Shown here in pieces: positions 41,901 through 51,400 of a stretch of 64,000 nucleotides of DNA. How positions within the stretch are numbered: position 1 is the stretch's first letter; every line of letters starts with the position of its first letter. The stretch covers positions 1,191 to 65,190 of the IMG/VR virus record IMGVR_UViG_2711768077_000003. One strand, written 5' to 3'. The notes beneath the pieces were generated by a model. That model had not been told where the DNA came from and ran no database searches. It saw nothing but the letters and a program-made list of their open reading frames with translations. A program made the translations under genes and the position numbers. This DNA comes from a virus. Its lineage: Duplodnaviria > Caudoviricetes.

Positions 41901-44900
41901 CTTGACGCCGCTGCGCCTGCTGCACGTCGGGACGAAGGAAATCTGCGTGCTGTGCCGCGCCAGCCTGGAGGGCCCGCTGACCGACCCGGAAACACGTGAA
42001 GCGTTCGGGGAGGAAACGCCCTACCGCATCGGACCGCTTGTCGAAATTAAATTCGGGCGAAGCGGCGGCAAGCTGGCCCTGGCCAAAGAGGCGCGGATCC
42101 GAGCGCTGGAGTCCGCCGGCGGCCTGGATCTGGTCCTTTCGGACAAGGACCCCGAACGCCTCGAATTTCCGCTGGTTGCCGCGCTGGTCCTGCGGCTGGC
42201 CGGGGCCACAAGCACCGTTGCGGACCCGGTGGGCTTGCGGCTTGCTGCGCAGTTGGGCGAGCTGAGTGACGATCCGGTTTTTCGCAGGATCGAGCTCTCG
42301 TTTTCGCTGTTTAACTACGACGTGACGCTTGCGATGGAGGTCGATGGAAAGGCGGCTCACCCGACCTATCAATTCACGCATCCCGACGCGCGCCCGGCGG
42401 ACGGGGTCTGGATCGCCGCCGCCCGGCTGGAACAGGTCGGTCCTGGGACCTCCGGATGGCGACTGGATGTGACCCTCGACGCGCGGGTAGAGATCGGGAC
42501 GCAAGGGGCGGATCGGCCGCACGTTTTGGACACGACCGGCGGCATGATCCGCTGGCTTGGCTACGAGGATACAGATCCGCCGGAAATACGGATCGATCAC
42601 GCGCGCGGCGCGATCTGGCTTTACCTCGAACCGGGCGGCCTTTCCACGATGGCCAGTCCGATCGAGGGGATGATGCTGACGACAGTCGACGAATGGCGAT
42701 TTAGCGCGGGCCTTGTGACCGGGACGGTTGCGGGCTCTGCAATTCCCGTCTGGCCACTCGCCTCCGGCTTGGTTCAGGCGCGCATGGCGGGCGAAGCGAA
42801 CGGTGTGCAAGTGGCATTGACAAGCCACACGCGCTGGTCGGGCGAAACCCGCGACAGCGAGGTCCTGCTGACCCGCGAGGCGGTGAAGGACGGTGCGCTG
42901 AGGTTCCAGAAGAGCGGCATCTCCTGGGACCCGGACGGACTTTCGGTCAAGGCGCCCGGAAATCCTGCCAAGGCCGCGCGCGTGGAAACCCGAAACGTTG
43001 CGCCGATCCGGCACGATGTTAGCGTGTCACTGCGCGATAGCCCGATTCCCGTTACCGCGCTTGCCCGGGACGGCGCCACGGTCCGGCTGACGCGGTCCGT
43101 AGCGCTGGAGCTTCAGGTGCGCCACCGGCTGCTGCGCGACAACACCGAACTGGCGGCTTGGCGCAGCTTTGACAATGTGCAGTTGACCTCAGAACAGCTG
43201 TGGCAGCAGGACTGGACGGGCAAGGCCTTTGGCCCGCGGTTCGAGGGCGGCCGCACGAGCTATCGCGGCGAGATCGACAAACGCCCCGAATATGCTGGCA
43301 TCGGCGATCGGTCACTGATGCTCAGCGGATTCGACGATCCGCTGCTGCGCACCGACGGCCACGACACACGGTTGATCCTGGTCGGCGGCGGGACCTGCGT
43401 GTTCGTACATCACAAGACGACCCATGCCTTCGGCCTGCCCTGGGCGATCGGCATGGACACCGGCGCGTCGGACCTGCCCAAGTCGTTCTGCGATCTGATG
43501 GTGTTCGGCGAAGGCGACGCGTGGAGAGCCCCCGTCGACGATGCGACACCGTTCGAGATTGCCGCCGATGCGTTGCCGCCCCTGGTTCAAGTACCGTCGA
43601 GTGTTCTGGGCAAGGCGGAGCTTGACGCCTTGTTGGCGACGAAACCGGGCATCGGCGGTGCGGCAGACCTCGTCTGGCCCAGCCTGCAAGCCTTTGTCGA
43701 ACGCGACCCGGCGGATGCAAAAGTGGGGGACGTCAAGACTTGGCCGCTCTTCCTGCCATCGCTCGTCGCGTTGCAGCAGACGCTGAAGTACATCGATCCC
43801 GACAAGCGTGCGGACTGGCGCATTCTGTCCGTGCGCCACCGCGCCAATGCCTCGGCTGTCGCGCTGGCCTTCCCGCATGAATCGATTGCCGCGCCGCCCG
43901 CCGCGCTGGAACGGGCAACCAAACTGCACTTGGTGGCGCTGGACAAAGGCAGGGCGCCCCGCTTCTTCGCCCTGAATGTTCCGCCGGATATCGCCGAGAT
44001 CGACACCGCGTGGGACCTGCTGGGCCCATCCCGCCTAGCCGACCTAGCCGAGGCGCAGATCACCGATGCCGTGGCGGTCGGCTTGGCGTTGCTGGGCCGC
44101 AAGACCGGTACCGGCGGCGAAGATGGCAAGGAGCCCGATATCCGGGTGCGCGATGTGCGGCCGGTGCCAATCGACCGCGCGGACAACCCTTTTGGCAGGG
44201 AGCAGTCGCAGCTCTTCGATGCGCATCAGCAGGTCTATCCCTCTCCCGCGCTGGGCTGGCCTGAAGCTGTTGACGCGCAAGGTGCGGCGCGGTTTGCCAT
44301 GGATGGCCGCGTCGACGCGCCTGTGATCTCGTCCAAAGCCGGGCTGGCAGGGCGCGTCGCAGTTCTATCGACCGGCTCCGCGGTGGCGACACGGGCCGAC
44401 AGGGCGCGCTACCTCGTCACGCAAGCGCGCGTGGTCTTCCACCATGGCGACGAGTTCGACAAGGTCGCGCTGCGGGCGCCGCCTGCGCGGCATTTGGCGG
44501 TTCTGTCCCCCCGGGCGCGCACTCCGATCCGCGAGGCCCGGGAGGAGGCGCTGCAACAGGCAATGGCCAAGTCTGCCGAAGACGGCAGCACCTCCACCAA
44601 TTCGCTGCTTCCCGCGACGATGGGGGTAATTCCCGCGATCTACTCCCGCGCACTGATCGGAGAACGGCCCGGCGTGCATGAGACCTTCATCGACGCTCTC
44701 CTCAGCGACGGCAACCGGTCCGATCTGATCGACCGTGGCGCGCGGGGCGCTGGACGATCGGCGGTCCTATCGCCAGTCTTGGCGCGGCAATTAAGAACCC
44801 CGCGCAGTCCCGCGCTGCCCGAAGATCCAAATTTCGATCTGACTTCGCGCCGGCGCACCTATGTTTCGCTGTTCGACCGTACCGCGCCGGGCGGTCTGGC

Positions 44901-46269
44901 CCTGCCTATGGCCGTCCGATGTGCCGCCTCCTCGCTCTGGCGCTTGGCAGAGACCGACCGCTTCATCCTAGATCTTCAGACCCTCTCGTTGGACCCAGGA
45001 AAGGTGCGCAACTCGCAGGAGAGGGGGCAACTGTTCCAGTTACGCCTGACGCTGTCACACGCCGGCAAGTCTCCGGTGATGGAGGCGCTGGCACAGAGCG
45101 GGTTTCTGTATCGCGGAACCAAAGAAGCGCCATACCATCTTCGTGCCTGGCTGTCCCTGGGCGAGACCCGGATCGACGCCTTCCGCCTTGACTGGCACGA
45201 GCCCGTCTCGCAGCCCAGCGTAGGGAAGGTGTCCAGGCATGAGCTAACGCTAGAACTCGCCTTCGCGGGCCGCGACCTCGGACCGTTGCTCAGCGCTTTG
45301 GCCGATCCGGACCCGAACACGCCAGCCACCCTGCAGATGTCGTTCGCAGACGAACAGAAGGCTGCGCCTTTCGATCCAACCGATGGAACGGCGCTGCTGG
45401 CTCAAGGCGAAGTGTCTGCCTTAATCACCGGCGAGCCCACCGCGCTGTCCTTCCCGATTGGGCGCAAGCCGGCACGACGCCCCACGCTCGATATAGAGCG
45501 GCGCAGCTTCCTGTTCGCCGATCCGGCCTTTGACCGCGCACTGGCGTGCCCCGGCTCCAGTTCCCAGGTTATTCGGAACGACGGCGGATCGCTTGCACTT
45601 GTTCTGACTGCGGACCGAACGCAGTACGCGCTGACGCAGACATTGTACTTTGCCTACGGCTCGATCGAGGACGGCGCCTTTGAGAGGAAGGGGATCGCGG
45701 CCAGCCTTAAACTGGCGCTGATCCCCAAACGCGGTGACGCGACACCGTCAGCGCCGGTTGAACTGCAGCTCGCGGGCAAGGTTGCCCTGCCGCTTCTCGG
45801 CGATGCCCAGCCGTATGGCCTGCCGCTTGGGCTTCTCGAACCGAAGACGTCGACCGCCCCTAGACCCGCACCCGGTGACCGGCTTTTGATCGAGCTGACG
45901 CCCAACGACGGGTTCAACGGCGGCGCGCTGAGGCTGGAACTGCCGCTCGCTGAACGCGCCGACGACCCGCGCCCCGCGGCGGTCTATTCGGTGATCGCCC
46001 TCGGCGCAAAAGACGCCGATGGACAACCGGTGTCGCGAACCCTGATGCACGCCGCGGCCCCGGCCCCCGACCGGGTCCAGTTCCAAGATCTCCTGAGCGA
46101 CTTGGCCACCGGGCACATCCGCAAAAATGCGATCTTTGAGTGGCGCACGACTGACCTGACCGACACGATCGATTGGCCCCATTACACTCTGACCAAAACG
46201 GACCGGTCGGGCGGCGCGCAATTGCCGAAGTACGAAGATGACCTTGTTTCACCGCCGCAGAAAGAGTGA
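38971..46269 (+). CDS. Giant hypothetical protein (2432 aa)
   Basis: 7.3-kb ORF starting 5 bp after the previous stop, RBS ggag; no signal peptide or recognisable enzyme motif. Confidence 0.85.
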   Translation: MSRPLRSILIIGPRWKDGALWTFDADLFMEVPKAKKEPLVEHTPTLRGLGARIEAETRVIGDPVELHEPPLLRGRLDLEKPAFVQLHGPKDTPHGFHDAVQPTGTGRADVLLAQTEPWPNPWDWHHQQERPNPKKLIVVPDQRLVAGRIALRVPRAKKNKNGLAEFLHYSPGKHTIFQGHPLVGDDAGKGTGPLVRLVPDGIEIDVRLPHPLIDIVPNVPDTLPVRVRIEPDGTTGFLARLVAILDTDGPPPNLSALWQRAFNALEEQEAPLRAQADTRAAVPPFAWQLSQDKTGLHLYALDKSADWRIRVDPSVLALRLETDTPFGSETPAVARLDSLDAAGSADLTLWRKGKKTHLEFRSAANPDPSKDRPEITATYGGGEKYELKTLATPSLEVYVPIAEAGARRAVPDTVPDWAFLPVRDGTLQIAAAPFVPEEQANPLPSASSLIGNCVFRQTHLAMAVDGAEDVNVSVSWTATAAGAIALNFAAPYGALREALWSAEEAPTSERLLPTGRTDPGHLRELPARFGSGIARNASLQLTPTGGAWSLTLDGTMAQSIPAIHWTAIVGLPLIPAVPMLASGAETRPSDMRAVVPVELDGIIRLESDGSTALAKVANDPVKTPSVTWPWVEKADLPAWGVPSVNFVSPTAPGLDYAWAPGTRPGRDSFDVSLRFDLPILDELYAQPDPEAEAGTAADTPPPPAPVTGVLDLAQISLLWSQRAFALATTRTQGVRATAWAGHGVPVDGPIALAAPYSADATVTFVRDYAFPSGNLPLGGYSLTWDRVKPTPFSGETALLGPMGGEDEPLALGLTEEDGALHPKGGKDVATLKLAGFAPDAYLDKSLENDDPTSLSDTRGTAMARARTTKDGVSRPARFRDRDGNGKVRSKGRDLVTWNDAIVVKGLGSDALFWVRDLPHDEDGVFDGTKNPVEGRLGPDPTPFAARALQDALYEWRLFERRAEMESADFSIRHNGLTLTPLRLLHVGTKEICVLCRASLEGPLTDPETREAFGEETPYRIGPLVEIKFGRSGGKLALAKEARIRALESAGGLDLVLSDKDPERLEFPLVAALVLRLAGATSTVADPVGLRLAAQLGELSDDPVFRRIELSFSLFNYDVTLAMEVDGKAAHPTYQFTHPDARPADGVWIAAARLEQVGPGTSGWRLDVTLDARVEIGTQGADRPHVLDTTGGMIRWLGYEDTDPPEIRIDHARGAIWLYLEPGGLSTMASPIEGMMLTTVDEWRFSAGLVTGTVAGSAIPVWPLASGLVQARMAGEANGVQVALTSHTRWSGETRDSEVLLTREAVKDGALRFQKSGISWDPDGLSVKAPGNPAKAARVETRNVAPIRHDVSVSLRDSPIPVTALARDGATVRLTRSVALELQVRHRLLRDNTELAAWRSFDNVQLTSEQLWQQDWTGKAFGPRFEGGRTSYRGEIDKRPEYAGIGDRSLMLSGFDDPLLRTDGHDTRLILVGGGTCVFVHHKTTHAFGLPWAIGMDTGASDLPKSFCDLMVFGEGDAWRAPVDDATPFEIAADALPPLVQVPSSVLGKAELDALLATKPGIGGAADLVWPSLQAFVERDPADAKVGDVKTWPLFLPSLVALQQTLKYIDPDKRADWRILSVRHRANASAVALAFPHESIAAPPAALERATKLHLVALDKGRAPRFFALNVPPDIAEIDTAWDLLGPSRLADLAEAQITDAVAVGLALLGRKTGTGGEDGKEPDIRVRDVRPVPIDRADNPFGREQSQLFDAHQQVYPSPALGWPEAVDAQGAARFAMDGRVDAPVISSKAGLAGRVAVLSTGSAVATRADRARYLVTQARVVFHHGDEFDKVALRAPPARHLAVLSPRARTPIREAREEALQQAMAKSAEDGSTSTNSLLPATMGVIPAIYSRALIGERPGVHETFIDALLSDGNRSDLIDRGARGAGRSAVLSPVLARQLRTPRSPALPEDPNFDLTSRRRTYVSLFDRTAPGGLALPMAVRCAASSLWRLAETDRFILDLQTLSLDPGKVRNSQERGQLFQLRLTLSHAGKSPVMEALAQSGFLYRGTKEAPYHLRAWLSLGETRIDAFRLDWHEPVSQPSVGKVSRHELTLELAFAGRDLGPLLSALADPDPNTPATLQMSFADEQKAAPFDPTDGTALLAQGEVSALITGEPTALSFPIGRKPARRPTLDIERRSFLFADPAFDRALACPGSSSQVIRNDGGSLALVLTADRTQYALTQTLYFAYGSIEDGAFERKGIAASLKLALIPKRGDATPSAPVELQLAGKVALPLLGDAQPYGLPLGLLEPKTSTAPRPAPGDRLLIELTPNDGFNGGALRLELPLAERADDPRPAAVYSVIALGAKDADGQPVSRTLMHAAAPAPDRVQFQDLLSDLATGHIRKNAIFEWRTTDLTDTIDWPHYTLTKTDRSGGAQLPKYEDDLVSPPQKE

Positions 46270-46328
46270 AGAGGCCGCACGTGCCTCGCCGTCCCGCGGC
46301 CCAGAAAATTGACATGAGGAGGTTAAAG

Positions 46329-47147
46329 ATGCCTGCGAAAGAGTCAGTCGATCAAATCAGGACAAGCGAGGCCACCAAATGGGATGCGGTCAAGACAATT
46401 ACCGGTGCCGCGCTCGACTTCCACATCACTTTTCTAGGCTGTGCCAAGGGGCAAAAACACGATGAAGCGATTGACGCAACAGCCCGGGCGCGGCTTTTGC
46501 GCATTTTGCGTGCCGTCTCCTGGGTCGAAAGCGCCCATGGAACCGCAGGCGCCAACCAACCAAAGCGTGATCCCATGCAGTCGGGTAATCCCAAGGATGC
46601 ATGGTGGAAGGAATTGACCGGTCAGTCCGGTCAAGGCTCGCGTATTGTACGCGGCCCAAGTCTGACAAATCTCTGGGCCAACGAAGTCGCCGCTGCCGCC
46701 GCGGCTTTCAACGGGTTCGATGCCAATGCGGCCATGGGCAAACTGGGGGACGAGAAGAAGGGGCATGACGACAGCAAGTTCACACCCGCCCACAGCTATT
46801 ACTGGGGCGTCGTCTATTTGATTCATCGCATCAATACGAAAGCGGGCGACAAGACCTACCAATGTGGCGACCTTTCACGCGCCCGACTGATTGACGGCGC
46901 CGTGGAATACAATGGAGGCGGTGTAAAGGACTATAGGGAACGTATTGAAACCGCGCTTGCGCTGATCGGCGACTTGTCGGAACGCGCCGTCGATACCCCA
47001 AAGGACGGCAGTCATCAGCGCCGTTTGGATGCCGTCCTGCTTGCTGAAGAAATGGGCAAACTGAAACTCCGAAACGTGGATTTACGCGCCGTCAAGGCGG
47101 AATTTGACAGGGACGGCAACGTAATCGCGTTATCGGTAGAGTTCTAA
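46329..47147 (+). CDS. Lysozyme-like/lytic transglycosylase-fold protein
   Basis: RBS gaggagg; AVSWVES (putative catalytic Glu), DPMQ (GLMQ-like), EYNGGG...Y. Confidence 0.6.
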   Translation: MPAKESVDQIRTSEATKWDAVKTITGAALDFHITFLGCAKGQKHDEAIDATARARLLRILRAVSWVESAHGTAGANQPKRDPMQSGNPKDAWWKELTGQSGQGSRIVRGPSLTNLWANEVAAAAAAFNGFDANAAMGKLGDEKKGHDDSKFTPAHSYYWGVVYLIHRINTKAGDKTYQCGDLSRARLIDGAVEYNGGGVKDYRERIETALALIGDLSERAVDTPKDGSHQRRLDAVLLAEEMGKLKLRNVDLRAVKAEFDRDGNVIALSVEF

Positions 47148-47372
47148 CACCGCATTGACAGTGGGCGAGACCAATCAGGAAGAACATGAAGATGCCCGCT
47201 AATTCGCTCGCAATATCGCGAAGGCCTGTCAGTGCAAGCCTTATATTTGGGAGGTGCAGGCTCGAAGTGCGGCGTCGGCGGTCGCTCAAGCGGGAAATTC
47301 GGGTAGCGAGCGAGATCAAACGTTACCGACGAACGACTGGGCGCTCGCTGCGTTCGACAGAATAGAGTTCGG

Positions 47373-48449
47373 CTATCCGATCTTGCAGCCCCAGAAGGAC
47401 GTGTGATCGGCGGCGAAGTAGCCGTCCGCGACCCGAAAATACCCCTGCAGCTCGACGGTATCGCCGGCCGTCAGCGGGACAATCGTCTGCAGCCAGATGG
47501 CGGTGGCGAGCGAGACGTGGGTGGCGGAGATTTCGCCGAGGGAGCCGCGGATTTCCGTCGTGCCGTTCAGCACGAGCCGTCCGCGCATGCGTGCCGTGGC
47601 GCTGGCGTTGATCTTGTAGAGCAGCGTCGCGCCGAACAGGTAGGTGCCGTCAACCGGGGCGACGAAGTGGTTGTTCGCGGCGTCGAACGCGCCCTGATCG
47701 TTGGTGTCGGTGTTGTTGAGGCCGATCTTCGTCCAGGTCCCGACGCCGACATAGTTGTCGTAGTTCGTGTAGGCCTTGAAGCGCGGGAGCCGGGGCTGGT
47801 CGACGACGCCGGTGGCGTTGTCCACGCTGAGGCCATCGAAGAAGGTGCTGCCGTCGGCGGAGACCGAGAGGCGGAAGCGGTCCGACCCGAAGAGCCCGAC
47901 CAGCGCCTTGGTGACAAAGTTGGTCTGGAGTGTCAGACCGAGATCGTCGCCCGCACCCTCCTTGCTCATGGTGTAGAACAGATCGCCCGTGCCGCCCTCG
48001 GCGACGGTCTTCGCCGTCCAGAGCGCGGCATTGAGCTTGGCTGAGAACGGGTTCGACGCATCCGCGGTGGCGCCGACCCCGAGCAGTGCCATGTTCTGCA
48101 GCGCCGCGGGCGTCGTCCCGATCCAGCCCGCGCCGTCGTAGACCAGCAGGAGGCCCTCGTCCTCGACCCATGCCCGCCAGCCTGTCCGTGGCGGCAGGCG
48201 CAGCCACGCGCCGTCCGTCCAGAGCGCGACATTCAGGTCCCACCCCGCCCAGTCGCCCGTTCCACCCGAGCCGACGATGTAGCGGTCGCCGTCGGCGGGG
48301 CTTCCGGGCGGGCTGGTCAGGTCGCGGTCCAGGACGGAGAGTTGCACTAACCCGTCGAGGATCCGCAGCGCCTCGTTGTGGGTGACATGCTTCTGAGCCT
48401 GCGCCGCCAGGATGTAGGGCAGCAGGAGATGGGTCGTGGCGTCGGACAT
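47373..48449 (-). CDS. DUF2793 phage tail (fibre/receptor-binding) protein with C1q-like C-terminus
   Basis: LLLPYILAAQAQKHVTHNEAL N-terminus; FVAPVDGTYLF and LTAGDTVEL C1q-like motifs. Confidence 0.85.
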   Translation of the reverse strand: MSDATTHLLLPYILAAQAQKHVTHNEALRILDGLVQLSVLDRDLTSPPGSPADGDRYIVGSGGTGDWAGWDLNVALWTDGAWLRLPPRTGWRAWVEDEGLLLVYDGAGWIGTTPAALQNMALLGVGATADASNPFSAKLNAALWTAKTVAEGGTGDLFYTMSKEGAGDDLGLTLQTNFVTKALVGLFGSDRFRLSVSADGSTFFDGLSVDNATGVVDQPRLPRFKAYTNYDNYVGVGTWTKIGLNNTDTNDQGAFDAANNHFVAPVDGTYLFGATLLYKINASATARMRGRLVLNGTTEIRGSLGEISATHVSLATAIWLQTIVPLTAGDTVELQGYFRVADGYFAADHTSFWGCKIG

Positions 48450-48456
48450 GGGGTCC

Positions 48457-51400
48457 TCACAAGGTCAGCGTGACAGTTTTCGGCGCGCCCCGCCCAACGA
48501 GGGCGGAGAGCTGGAAGATACGGATGTCGAGCGTGTCGCCGGGGTCGAGCGGCCCGCCCCAATCGGCGGTCTGCTGGGCGACGGTGTAGACGGCGCTGGT
48601 GGTGGCCGTGCTCAGCACGCGCTTAACCGTGGCGCCGTCGAAGATCTCGATTTCGTAGGCTTCCAGTTCCTCGGTCAGCGGCACCTCAAGCCCGCCCCAG
48701 CTGTCAGCCGCGAGCGCGCGGGACCGGCGCGTCCAACGGATGGTCAGATCGCCGGGCGAGCGCGGCGTGCGCCATGGCTGCTCGACATGGGCGACCGAGA
48801 ACGGCCGCAGCCCGACGCCTTCGGGCGTGAAGGCCTGCGCGACATAGGTCTCGTCGCTGACCGGGCGGCTTGCTGGGCCGATACGCCAGTTCCACGGGAT
48901 GCCGAGATCGGCCTCGGCGATGGGCAGTGACGCAAGCGCGGTGTCCAGAATCACGACCCGCGCGCCAGCAGGCGCCGGGTTGCCCATCGCGCCCTCGGTG
49001 CCGCGCTGGCCGCGCAGGAGCCGGGTCAGGCGATACCGGCCGGGCGCCAGCAGTTCCGCCGCGCCCGCCTGCACGATCTCCCACTGGCCAGTGGCACTTT
49101 CCACTGCCAGCGCGTTGGCGCCGCCGAACAGCGTCAGGTCGGTCACGCTCTCCAGTGTTCCGGTCAGCAGATCGACCACCAGCGCATTCCCGAGGTCGAA
49201 GCGCGACGTCGGCCCCGGGTAGAAGTCGGAGACGAGAGTCCCGATCCGGGCGCGACTGCCAAACGTGGTCAGCAACTCGAACCCGTCCGTTGAAGGGCTG
49301 CGGAACACCGCCATCTCTCCCGGCCACGGCATGGCATGCGCCGCTGCGAAGGGACGATGCGCGGGCTGGTCCTCGGTCAGCTGCGGCAGGTCCATCAGCA
49401 CCGCCTCGGGCGCGCCGAACACCACCGCCCGCGTCAGTGACGCCGCGCGGGGATCGCCGGGCGGCAGGTCGTAGGTCGCCCGGTCCTGGCGCACCGCCTC
49501 GATGCCGCGCGCCTCGGCGTCGGCGATGGAGACCAGCCGCAGATCGACCAGCCGCCCGTCATGCGCAAGCCGGATCGCGTCTGCCGGATCGAGCGCGAGA
49601 CGCGAGGGCGGCAGACGGAAGGCCGCCGTCTCGCGACCCACCCACGCCTCCATCAGGGCGCGGCGGCAGCGCCGCTCCGCCTCCTCGGGCGGCACGGCCA
49701 TCGGGAAGGACTCCGAGGCGATCCGGGTCGTGTCCACGGTGATGCGCCGCGCCTCGACGAGGGCCGCGTCGTAATCCTCGTCGGCCCGCGCGACCTGCCA
49801 CTTCAGCGCCTGCGGCAGTTCCGTCTCCTGGCCGCGCGTCAGCTCCAGCACGTCGCCCTCGCGGGGGGCCACCAAGTCGTCGGGGCTGAGAGTGGCGACA
49901 GAGGCCCGGCCGCGCATGACGAACCGGATCACCCCCTCGGTCTCCACCGCATCGAAGCCGAAGTGGCGCGACAGCGTGGTGATCGACGCGCGCGGGCTTT
50001 CCAGCGCCGTGATTGCGTAACCTTCGACCGCGCCCCAGAGGCCGGTGACGTCGATGCGGGACTCGGGGAGCCCCGCGCGCAGACAGAGGTGCCGGACCAG
50101 CGCCGCCAGCGACACCGCCCCAAGCCGCCCGGTCAGCCAGTGGCCGAGCCGCCAGTTCGCCCCATCCGTCCAGACGTCAGTCAGCGCCGGGAAGAACGGA
50201 TACGGCCGTGCGTCCCAGGTCCAGGCGGCGCATTCCGGCACATGCACCATCCGGCCGCCGTAGACCGAGGACAGCGGGTTGTTCGCGGCGTCGCCCCACC
50301 AGAGATACGTCGCCTCGAGATAGGCGCGCTGGATGGCGTCATCGCGCCAGCCCCGCGAGAAATGCGGCGTGAAGCTCTCCGACGACTTCGGGTCGAAGAA
50401 GACATTGGGCTGGTTCGTGCCCCGGTCGATGGCCGGACATCCGAGTTCGGTGAACCAGATCGGCTTGGACTGCGGCGCCCATGCCGTCGGCGCGCCGCTC
50501 TCCACCCCGCCCGGGCGGTTGTAATGCGCGTTCGACCACCAGGCGCGCAGATCCTTGTAGCGGAAGACCCACGGCTTGGCCGCGGCACCATCGGTGATCG
50601 GGGTGCGGACCTGCGCGGATCGGTCGGCCGCGCTGGCGTAGAACCAGTCGAAGCCTTCGCCGCCCGCGATGTTCGCCTGCAGATAGGCGCGGTCGTAAAT
50701 CGCGGGCCAGCCCTCAGCCGCGTCGGCGTGCTCGAAGCCGTCCCGCCAATCCGAAAGCGGCATGTAGTTGTCGATCCCGACGAAATCGATCTCCGGATCG
50801 GCCCAGAGCGGATCGAGGTGGAAGAACACGTCGCCGGAACCATCGCCCGGCTGGTGCCCGAAATACTCCGACCAGTCGGCGGCGTAGCCGATCCTGGTCC
50901 CAGCCCCGAGGATCGAGCGCACATCCGCAAGCAGGTCCCGATACGCCTGCACGGCCGGATAGGTGGACGCGCCCGAGCGGATCGTCGTCAGCCCCGGCAT
51001 CTCGGTCCCAATGAGGAACACATCGACCCCGCCCGCCGCAGCGCAGAGATGGGCGTAGTGCAGCACCATGCGGCGCAGGCCCCAGTCGCCGGGCGTGCCG
51101 GTCCAGCTTACGCTCTCGCCAGAGATGCTGAAGCTCGCAGGCGTGGCCGCGCCCAACAGCGCCGCCACCTGCGTGGCGGCCGTGGCGGTCTTGTCCACGG
51201 TCCCGGCGAAGCCCGCAGCCGGAGAACAGGTGATCCGGCCCCGCCAGGGGAAAGCGGGCTGGCCGGTCTCGGCGGCGTTGTCGGAATAGGGGTTCGGCAG
51301 CGTGTTGCCGAGCGGCACGTCCATCAGGATGAACGGGTAGAAAGTGACGCGCAGCCCGCGCGCCTTCATCTCCTGGATCGCCTGCACGACGGCGAAGTCC

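Noticed and set aside
27893-46269. Giant proteins as NRPS/PKS, RHS, RTX or filamentous hemagglutinin
   Set aside because: No A/C/T or KS motifs, YD repeats, GGxGxD repeats or TPS domain are visible.
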